Below are positions 17,649 to 24,285 of a stretch of 24,285 nucleotides of DNA, one piece after another. Both the position numbers and the translations under genes were made by a program. The stretch's first letter is position 1. Each line of letters starts with the position of its first letter. Under the pieces are notes generated by a model. The model worked only from the letters and a program-made list of their open reading frames with translations. It made no database searches and was not told the origin of the DNA. This DNA comes from Myxococcota bacterium (GTDB lineage Bacteria; Myxococcota; XYA12-FULL-58-9; JALHOP01): NCBI GenBank assembly GCA_041288095.1, contig JBGGMJ010000114.1, positions 1 through 24,285 of the forward strand, read 5' to 3'.

Positions 17649-19031
17649 ATGTTTCTAGTTAGGCGCGCTGGCGCGACCCCCCTTTTGGTCGCGGCGGTGT
17701 TCGTATCGACCGCGCTCGCCTGGGTCGTGCCGGTGCTCTGGCCCACGGGCACGACGGCGACGCCGCTCTACGCCATCCGGTCCGCTGCGGCGTGCAACAC
17801 CTGCCACATCGAGCCCGCCGGTTGGTACAACCCGCCCGACGACGCCGGCCGCAAGTGCACCCTCGACTGCACCGGCTGTCACATCAGCAAGACCGGCGGC
17901 GGTCTGCGCACCGCGACCGGCGACTTCTACGGCTACGAGAGCCTCGCGATGTTCGGCTCGCACCCCGGCGACGGCGTCGACCCGAGCAAATATCGGGACC
18001 CCGACGACAGCTACAGCACCAAGGGTCGTTATCGTTTCTGGGAAGGCTTCTCCGGCTGGCAGGCCGGCAAGACGCCGATGGTCAAAGTGAAGGATCGCTT
18101 CGGTCCCATCGAGCCCGACCCCAAGCTCAAGTGGGGCGCCGACGTGCGCATCTTCGGCTACCTGCCGCTCGGCAGCGAAGAGTCGCCGAAGGTCTTCCCG
18201 ATGCAGGCCGAAGTTTACGGCTTCGCCAAACCGGCGAAGAACATCTCAATCTACGGCACCGTCGGCCTGCAGGGCGATCGCCGCGACCTCATCCAGAAAG
18301 GCGAGTGGCACGATCGCTTCGCCATTCGCGAGCTCTGGATTCAAGCCGACAATTTCAAGAACAACGGGTACGTCCGCGCCGGCAGATTCACCAAGCCCTT
18401 CGGATGGCGTCACCCCAACCACACCCTCTTCACGCGCGCGGGCCTCGACTACGATCAATACGCGCAAGTCTTCGGCGCCGAGATCGGAGTGGCGCCGAAT
18501 TACCCGTACGCCAATCTCGCGGTCTTCTATCAAGGCATCGAGAAGTGGCCGGGTGAGCAACAAGACACCGGCTACGGCGCGGCGCTCACGGCGGGCGTTC
18601 GCGATCTAGGCTGGCAGCTCGGCGGCAGCGCCGAGATCTTGAAAATCACCGAAGCCGGCACGACGAACATCGGCGCGGGCACGCAGGTCACGGCCGGTCC
18701 ATTGTGGGCCCTGAATCTCTATCCGTTCACGATCCTCGGTGAAGCCGATTTCCGCGCCTACAACCCCGTCGAGCGCGCCGACACGGCGTACCAACTCTTC
18801 ATCTTCCACGAGCTCGACTACATGCCGACGCGCGGCATCAACATTTTCGGCACCTACGAGTGGCAAGACGTGAACCTCGTGAACCGCGAGGATCACCGCC
18901 AGCGCTTCTCGGTCGGCGCCGACTGGAACATCTACAAAGGCTGGCAGGTCACCGCGCAGTACCGCCGCCTCTACCAAGCGACGACGTTCCTCTCGAACGA
19001 TCTGCTCCTGATGCTGCACTTCTGGATCTGA
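17649..19031 (+). CDS. Putative cytochrome c-porin fusion (Cyc2-like) with two CxxCH motifs
   Basis: N-terminal hydrophobic signal, ATPLYAIRSAAACNTCH (CNTCH at 17793-17807) and CTGCH (17868-17882) followed by TGGGLR. The rest is amphipathic beta-strands (YVRAGRFTKPFG) ending LLLMLHFWI. Confidence 0.7.
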   Translation: MFLVRRAGATPLLVAAVFVSTALAWVVPVLWPTGTTATPLYAIRSAAACNTCHIEPAGWYNPPDDAGRKCTLDCTGCHISKTGGGLRTATGDFYGYESLAMFGSHPGDGVDPSKYRDPDDSYSTKGRYRFWEGFSGWQAGKTPMVKVKDRFGPIEPDPKLKWGADVRIFGYLPLGSEESPKVFPMQAEVYGFAKPAKNISIYGTVGLQGDRRDLIQKGEWHDRFAIRELWIQADNFKNNGYVRAGRFTKPFGWRHPNHTLFTRAGLDYDQYAQVFGAEIGVAPNYPYANLAVFYQGIEKWPGEQQDTGYGAALTAGVRDLGWQLGGSAEILKITEAGTTNIGAGTQVTAGPLWALNLYPFTILGEADFRAYNPVERADTAYQLFIFHELDYMPTRGINIFGTYEWQDVNLVNREDHRQRFSVGADWNIYKGWQVTAQYRRLYQATTFLSNDLLLMLHFWI

Positions 19032-19055
19032 GGCGATCGCGTTAAGGTGGGGTGA

Positions 19056-20162
19056 ATGTTCACCCCCACTCTCGTGCTCGTCACGCTCATCGCCGGCCCA
19101 GAGGTCGTCGTCATCGACTCACGCGGCGACGGCTTCCGCTCCGAGACCAGCGTCAACGGCTTCCCCACCGAGCACATGCCGTCGGTGCAATCGATCAGCG
19201 AAAGGACGACCGGCTATCCCTCCTGGGATCACCGTTGCTTCCCGGTACATCCCTACTTCTTGAGGCCGGGCGCCAACACCGCGGTGATGACCTACACCTT
19301 CGACGAGAGCCTGGTGGCCCGCGAAGAGAAGGGCCCTTGGACGCAAAGCGTGGAGGTCGTGACCAGCACTCTCGTTGACGAGGCGCAGCCAGTGTCGCTC
19401 GCCAAACAAAGCGGGCCCGCCCTCACCCGCGCCGCCAACAAGAAGCCACAGAAGCTCACCGTGACCTTCAAGCTGCCTACCGATCCACCGGCCTGGGGTT
19501 GGATGAAGGGTGTCGCTATAGCGGACAACAAGGAGGCCGCCGCGAGCCTCTACGCGGAATATCAGAAGCTCTGGGCGACTCTCGAAGGCTTGCCCAAGCA
19601 GACACCCGCCGACCGCGACGCTTTCCGGGCGGCGACGCGCGCCAGCACCGCCGAGTTCATCCGCGCCAGCGAATCGCGCGGCAAGCGTTACACGTTCGTC
19701 GAGGACCTCACGCACGCCGCCGGAGTCCTCGGCATGCCGGGAGAATTCCCGCCCGTGCCCGAGCCGAAGGGCAAGGCGAAGACGAAGAAGGCGGAAGACC
19801 CGAAGGTGCTTGCGCCCCCGAGCCTCGCGCCCGTCCACGACGCGCCGTCCGACACGGGTCCCAATGATTGGCCGCATCTCAAATGGGTCCCGCTGCCCGC
19901 GGCCGGCTCGACCAAGCTCGTCGTCTTCGCCGGCGGGCGGCTCGCAAAGCTCGTCAACACGGGCGGCGGCCATACCTTCACGTTCGCGAGCAATTGGACC
20001 GACGGTCCCTGGAGCTCCCGCGGCACCGACAAGCTCTCGTTCGAGGCCTGGTATCGCAAGAACGCCGCCGGTGCTTGGGAGCTCGACGCGCTCTACCCCA
20101 CGTATTGGGCGAACATCGCCAGCCTCTCGGTTAGCTCCATGGTGGACGGCATGGCATTCTAG
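19056..20162 (+). CDS. Hypothetical exported protein
   Basis: 368 aa ORF with host-like codon use and a short hydrophobic N-terminus MFTPTLVLVTLIAG. Confidence 0.7.
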   Translation: MFTPTLVLVTLIAGPEVVVIDSRGDGFRSETSVNGFPTEHMPSVQSISERTTGYPSWDHRCFPVHPYFLRPGANTAVMTYTFDESLVAREEKGPWTQSVEVVTSTLVDEAQPVSLAKQSGPALTRAANKKPQKLTVTFKLPTDPPAWGWMKGVAIADNKEAAASLYAEYQKLWATLEGLPKQTPADRDAFRAATRASTAEFIRASESRGKRYTFVEDLTHAAGVLGMPGEFPPVPEPKGKAKTKKAEDPKVLAPPSLAPVHDAPSDTGPNDWPHLKWVPLPAAGSTKLVVFAGGRLAKLVNTGGGHTFTFASNWTDGPWSSRGTDKLSFEAWYRKNAAGAWELDALYPTYWANIASLSVSSMVDGMAF

Positions 20163-20172
20163 GCGGAGCGCC

Positions 20173-21117
20173 ATGGCCCCCATCGACGCCAAGATAGACC
20201 TCGCAAACCCGCGCCATTTGGCCGCGGCCCGAGGTCTCGCCGCCGCCGTGCGCGATCTCGACAAGCGCGGCGTCGCGGGCGCGGAGGTCAAGCTTCACCT
20301 CCCCCAAGCCGGTGGCGGTAGGGACGTCGTCGTGGTCGGCGATCCACGAGCGCTCGCCGCCCGGGCCGAGACCGCTTTCGCGGAGCAGATCGCGCGCGCC
20401 TTGAACAAGCTCGCCGGCGGCGAACCGCCCGAGGAGCACGGCGTTTCAGCGTGGCGGACGGCGACGCGGGCGGCGTTGAGCACCGGGACCAGGGCGGTCA
20501 CGATCATCAAGCCACCGCTCGTGCAGGCGGGACGCGCCGTCGCCGCGAGAACCCCCGACGTCGTCAAGAGGCGGGGCGCGCAAGCCGGCGCGGCCGTCAT
20601 GTGGGGCCTCAATGAGGGCTTGAGCCTGCTGGGCCAGGTGGTCCGCGGCACCGAGAGGGGCCGCCGCCTCATGCAGCGCATCAGCAACTCGCACCTCGTC
20701 GCCGAGCGCGCCTACGTCGAGGTGCGCGAAACCAACGGTCTTCACTACGTTTACGCGCCGTGGGTCGTCGACCCGATCGCGACGCTCGCCAATGAGAGCT
20801 TCGCGTTCCGCCTCAACATGACCTCGAGCACCATCGGCTTCGTGCCCTTCACCGCGCCGGCTATCCAAGCCTTGGCGGCGGGCTGGCTCTACGCCTGGGG
20901 CTGGACGTACAGCACCTCGCCCGAGGGCGAAGCCTCGAAGAACATGGCCATCGAAGCCGCCATTCAAACGCTCGCGACCGTCGTCCCAGGCCCAGGCTGG
21001 GTGACACTGCCGGCGGCTCTCGTCGCCGGGGGCGCCGACTCCGCGGAGATCAGCGAAGGTATCGAGCGTGGCGATCCGTTCGTCACCTTCAGCTGGTCGC
21101 GCACCGGACGGCCCTGA
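20173..21117 (+). CDS. Hypothetical protein with C-terminal hydrophobic helices
   Basis: ATG at 20173 preceded by GGAG, 10 nt after the previous stop. The upstream extension to 19810 overlaps the previous CDS and is rejected. Confidence 0.65.
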   Translation: MAPIDAKIDLANPRHLAAARGLAAAVRDLDKRGVAGAEVKLHLPQAGGGRDVVVVGDPRALAARAETAFAEQIARALNKLAGGEPPEEHGVSAWRTATRAALSTGTRAVTIIKPPLVQAGRAVAARTPDVVKRRGAQAGAAVMWGLNEGLSLLGQVVRGTERGRRLMQRISNSHLVAERAYVEVRETNGLHYVYAPWVVDPIATLANESFAFRLNMTSSTIGFVPFTAPAIQALAAGWLYAWGWTYSTSPEGEASKNMAIEAAIQTLATVVPGPGWVTLPAALVAGGADSAEISEGIERGDPFVTFSWSRTGRP

Positions 21118-21123
21118 GAGGCG

Positions 21124-21468
21124 CTACTCGCTCGTGTCCGCCGGGGGCGCGCCGATCTCGACCCACTTGAGGAAGGCCGCGCGGTCGATCGGCGACATCG
21201 GTGGGTCGGTGAGCGGCGGCATGATGCCCGCGTCGACGAGGTCGCGCGCATCGATGCGGCGCTCGTAGAGCGTCTCGTAGGTGTCGCCGTCGAACTCGCC
21301 CTGCGGGTTCGAGCTGTTGTGGCAGCGCAGGCAGTAGTTGGCGGTGACCTGCGCAATCTCACGGTAGGTCGGCCGCTCGGGCACCTCTTGGAGCACACTC
21401 GTGTTCTCGCTGCCGAAACCGGGGCAGGCGGTGAGAGCCAGAAGGACGAGAGGAAGAAGCCGGCGCAT
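21124..21468 (-). CDS. Monoheme c-type cytochrome lipoprotein (planctomycete cytochrome C-like domain)
   Basis: MRRLLPLVLLALTAC lipobox, CLRCH heme site, distal MPP and WVEIGAP. Alternative start at 21483. Confidence 0.8.
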   Translation of the reverse strand: MRRLLPLVLLALTACPGFGSENTSVLQEVPERPTYREIAQVTANYCLRCHNSSNPQGEFDGDTYETLYERRIDARDLVDAGIMPPLTDPPMSPIDRAAFLKWVEIGAPPADTSE

Positions 21469-21494
21469 ACGAATGCGTGGCATATAGCACCACC

Positions 21495-22898
21495 CTAGCG
21501 GACGCGCAGCTCCCAAACGATGTTGCTGGTCACGACCGACGCTTCCGCCGGGTTCGGCTTGTAGACGTTCATCACGAAGTGGCGCACCGCGTCCTCGACC
21601 TGCGGCACGAAGGGCACCAGCTCGATGCTCAACACCTTACGGCGCCGATCGACGTGCAGCAGCAAGTGACCCTCTTCGGTCGTGCCGTGGACGAGACTCC
21701 AGTCGCGCTCGCCCGGGTGCACGACGCGATGGGTGAGCGTGAGGTCCGCGGCCTTTTCGACGACGTCGACCAGCAGGTCGAGGAAATACGGCATGGCGAA
21801 GCGCAGCTCGCCGATGTCCTCGAAGGTGCCGATGAAGCTCGGGCGACGCTGGGCGAAGTCTTCGCGATAGAGATTGAGCGGCACGGAGAACGCGTCCGCT
21901 AAAACGGTCGGCTTCGTGCTCTCGGTGAGCGACAGCTCGACCCAGTCGCTCTCGTACCAGTGGAGCTTCGCGGCGTGCGTGTAGTAGCGGTTGTGGCGCG
22001 CGTGCCAGGCGTCGATGCGCAGGCCGAGCTCGCTTGCGACCTTCTTGAAGAGCTTGGTGGTCGGAGGGAAGACCGCCGAGAGCAAGCGGCCACCCGGCTT
22101 GCACAGCGCGATGGCGCGCGACAGGAACAGCTCGAAGCACTCGCGATTCGCCATCGGGTCGGTGAGGACGACGTCGTAGAGCCCGAGCAGCTCGGGCGGC
22201 ATCGGGTCACGCAGGTCGACCTCGCGCGTCTCGATGGAGACACCCTGCTCGCGCGCCGCATCGCCCAAGAAGCGCAGCAGGAAGTCGTCGATGTCGAAGA
22301 CGCTCACCTCGTGGCCGAGCATGGCGAGTGGCATGGCGACCAGATCGTCGTCGCCCAAGCACAAGACCTTCTTCTTGCCGACCACCGTGGCGTCGCCGAC
22401 GGTCAGGGCAAGGCGCACCGCGGTCTCGGGGAGCACTGGGCACTGGCCGATCTGCTCGAAGAAGCGCTTGCGACGGGCATGCGCGCGCAAGGTCGCTTCG
22501 TGCGCCGCTTTGACGCGTGGCGACCAACCGACCGACAGCTCACGGCCGACCACCGCGTCGAGGCCGCCGATGACACCCGCTAACACGGAGTCCGACTTGG
22601 GCGGGCCCTCGGCGAGGAAGCCCGCGGCAACGAGCTTCGGCGCCAGCTGCTCGACGCCCTTCATGTCCCAGCCGAGGGCGAGCTGCTCCAACGCGTTCAC
22701 GTAACGAAAGTCGACGGTCAGCTCGTCGTCACCGTTGAGATCGACGAGGCGCGAGTTGGTGGGGCCGATCGACAGGATGATGCCGTCGGCCAAATGATAG
22801 AGCTGCGTCGCGCCTTCGGGCGGTGTCCGCGCCGGCGGAATACGCGGTAATTTGTCGAGCTGCAGGGACTCGAGGACGGCGAGGCGTGACGTATTCAT
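21495..22898 (-). CDS. BpsA-like (branched-chain polyamine synthase / bis-aminopropyl spermidine synthase family) aminopropyltransferase fused to a C-terminal degenerate AdoMetDC-fold domain
   Basis: Q..VLPETAVR, VLCLGDDDL (GDDD at 22344-22355), VFDIDD, VDLRDPMP, YDVVLTDP and LFLSRAIALCKPGG match the BpsA_C/DUF43 pattern. The C-terminal ~115 aa align without gaps to the neighbouring SpeD. Confidence 0.82.
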   Translation of the reverse strand: MNTSRLAVLESLQLDKLPRIPPARTPPEGATQLYHLADGIILSIGPTNSRLVDLNGDDELTVDFRYVNALEQLALGWDMKGVEQLAPKLVAAGFLAEGPPKSDSVLAGVIGGLDAVVGRELSVGWSPRVKAAHEATLRAHARRKRFFEQIGQCPVLPETAVRLALTVGDATVVGKKKVLCLGDDDLVAMPLAMLGHEVSVFDIDDFLLRFLGDAAREQGVSIETREVDLRDPMPPELLGLYDVVLTDPMANRECFELFLSRAIALCKPGGRLLSAVFPPTTKLFKKVASELGLRIDAWHARHNRYYTHAAKLHWYESDWVELSLTESTKPTVLADAFSVPLNLYREDFAQRRPSFIGTFEDIGELRFAMPYFLDLLVDVVEKAADLTLTHRVVHPGERDWSLVHGTTEEGHLLLHVDRRRKVLSIELVPFVPQVEDAVRHFVMNVYKPNPAEASVVTSNIVWELRVR

Positions 22899-23887
22899 GC
22901 GAACACCGTCCGCTCAGGCGTGCGCTCGGTGCGCCGTGGCCGCACCCGCGTGTCTTCGTCGGCGAAGAGCGTGAACGCCGCGGTCATGGTGGCGTGATCG
23001 AGCGCGTCGTCGTAGGGCACGAAGCTCACCAGCAAGTGGCCGAGCTCGGGATTGAGCTCGGCGACGAAGCCTCGACCCTCGTCGTCGTACCAACAGAGGA
23101 TGTGCTTGTCTTCGTAGGTCTTGAGATCGGAGAGCTCGGGCTTGCGGCCGGAGATCTCCGCGACCTTGGCGCCGAAGGTCTCGAGGGTCGCGCCGCGCGC
23201 GAGATCGAGACCATCCATGTCGAACCAAGCGTAGGGCGGTGCATCGACGCTCACTGGCAAGAGCTGTGACAGCTCACCGCTGCGCGGAGCCGGCAGCTCG
23301 GGCACGCTGGTCGCGATGGCGCCGGACAAGAGCACGAGGTCTCCGGCGCCGTCGGCAACGTGGCCACCCGCGAACAGCGTGTGATCCACTTCTCGTTGAT
23401 AGCCGATCACCTTCACGCCCATGACGCGCACGTGCTCGTAGAAGCCGCGGTCGAACGGCCAGCGCAGGCGAGCGATGACGGTGCCGGAAGGACCGACTGA
23501 CGCTAAAGCGGACTCAAGCCGAGCAGCGGTCAACGCGAGGTCCGATGCTTCGAACACCGAGACGTCGGCGACCACTTCTTTCACGGGCGGCGCATCGGCG
23601 CGCACCACTTTGACGGACACGTTCGCGAGCTGGCCCGCCAAGCCGTCGACGTCACCGAAGAGCACGACGCGCTTGGGATGCAGTCCCTCAATGGCAACCG
23701 CGCGCCGCACCACCGACGACGGCAAGGTGGCCCGTTCGCCCAGCACCAACGGAATTCCTTCGCGAGCCCGCGCTTCACGCACCCGCGCCACGCGCTCGCC
23801 GTGTGCTTGCATGAAGCCGGGGAGCGAGCCGCTGTACATGCTGTCGAGCGCGGCGAGTCGTCTCGCGAGGGTGTCTACGTCGTGCAT
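22895..23887 (-). CDS. Degenerate paralog of the BpsA-AdoMetDC fusion (probable pseudoenzyme)
   Basis: GERATLPSSVVRRA..KRVVLFGDVDGL parallels GQCPVLPETAVRLA..KKVLCLGDDDLV. The C-terminal NPELGHLLVSFVPY parallels WPENGVMFIDI and KVLSIELVPF. ATGA overlap with the downstream gene. Start could be TTG at 23926. Confidence 0.7.
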   Translation of the reverse strand: MHDVDTLARRLAALDSMYSGSLPGFMQAHGERVARVREARAREGIPLVLGERATLPSSVVRRAVAIEGLHPKRVVLFGDVDGLAGQLANVSVKVVRADAPPVKEVVADVSVFEASDLALTAARLESALASVGPSGTVIARLRWPFDRGFYEHVRVMGVKVIGYQREVDHTLFAGGHVADGAGDLVLLSGAIATSVPELPAPRSGELSQLLPVSVDAPPYAWFDMDGLDLARGATLETFGAKVAEISGRKPELSDLKTYEDKHILCWYDDEGRGFVAELNPELGHLLVSFVPYDDALDHATMTAAFTLFADEDTRVRPRRTERTPERTVFA

Positions 23888-23893
23888 CTTGAG

Positions 23894-23922
23894 GTCGTAG
23901 AAAGCAGGAAACGCGCGGGCAA
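23894..23922 (-). promoter_or_regulatory. Candidate internal leaderless promoter TTGCCC-N17-TACGAC, 6 nt before ATG 23887
   Basis: Exact 17-nt spacing and no Shine-Dalgarno before the ATG. The -10 lacks its final T. Confidence 0.3.
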
Positions 23923-23938
23923 ACAATTAGGCGCTGGT

Positions 23939-24285
23939 TCAGCCGACGCGCGTGCGCAGATTCTGATCGCGGCACTCGTACGCCAGGTTGTCGCGCTTGA
24001 TGGCCGCATGCGGGACGTTGCGGCAGATGCTCTCGAAGGCGGCGCGGGCCGCGACCTCGCCGGAGCACGAAGCGATGTCGATGAACATGACGCCGTTCTC
24101 GGGCCAGGTGTGAATGGCGATGTGCGACTCGGAGAGGATGACGGCGCCGGTGAGGCCCTGCGGATCGAAGACGTGCAGGTAGCGGTGCAGCTCGGTGAAG
24201 TTCCCGGCTGACACGGCGTCGGTGAGCACACGGTGCATGTGCGCCGGATCGTTCAAGTGCTCGAACGAACAGCCTTCGAGCGTGG
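23939..24285 (-). CDS. speD: S-adenosylmethionine decarboxylase proenzyme (class 1b), 5'-truncated by window
   Basis: HVFDPQGLTGAVILSESHIAIHTWPENG..DIASC, with an intact E-S self-cleavage site and catalytic Cys. The frame stays open to the window edge (TLEGCSFEHLND). Confidence 0.93.
   Translation of the reverse strand, partial: TLEGCSFEHLNDPAHMHRVLTDAVSAGNFTELHRYLHVFDPQGLTGAVILSESHIAIHTWPENGVMFIDIASCSGEVAARAAFESICRNVPHAAIKRDNLAYECRDQNLRTRVG

Noticed and set aside
17661..17666. RR in the cytochrome-porin leader as a Tat signal
   Set aside because: It lacks the S/T-RR-x-FLK context, and c-type cytochromes and beta-barrels normally use Sec.
19810..20172. N-terminal extension of the 435-aa ORF
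   Set aside because: It overlaps CDS 19056-20162 and has R/P/S shadow composition. ATG 20173 has a GGAG site.
19119..20291. 390-aa minus-strand ORF
   Set aside because: Antisense shadow of the plus-strand genes, which have the host-like codon pattern.
22895..23887. Calling the degenerate BpsA paralog a pseudogene
   Set aside because: No frameshift or internal stop, and it is translationally coupled to the next gene.

Overview
A GC-rich, densely coding bacterial window, most consistent with a Myxococcota/deltaproteobacterial lineage (Cys-rich CGDG repeat protein with a MYXO-CTERM-like tail, tandem pilT paralogs). Left to right: DUF72 C-terminus, Cys-rich surface protein, hypothetical protein, two pilT-family ATPases, fur-PAP2-pyk-lipoprotein, a TolC-RND-MFP efflux cassette, a DUF2339/DUF3999 pair, a two-CxxCH cytochrome fused to a predicted beta-barrel (Cyc2-like), two hypothetical proteins and a c-type cytochrome lipoprotein. 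The right end holds a minus-strand polyamine cluster, the strongest candidate for an undescribed system. It comprises an intact AdoMet decarboxylase (speD) and two tandem paralogs, each a BpsA (branched-chain polyamine synthase)-like domain fused to an apparently dead AdoMetDC-fold domain. One paralog keeps the GDDD catalytic motif and the other looks like a complete pseudoenzyme. No rRNA, tRNA, CRISPR array or mobile element was seen. All family calls come from motif recognition by eye, not database searches.
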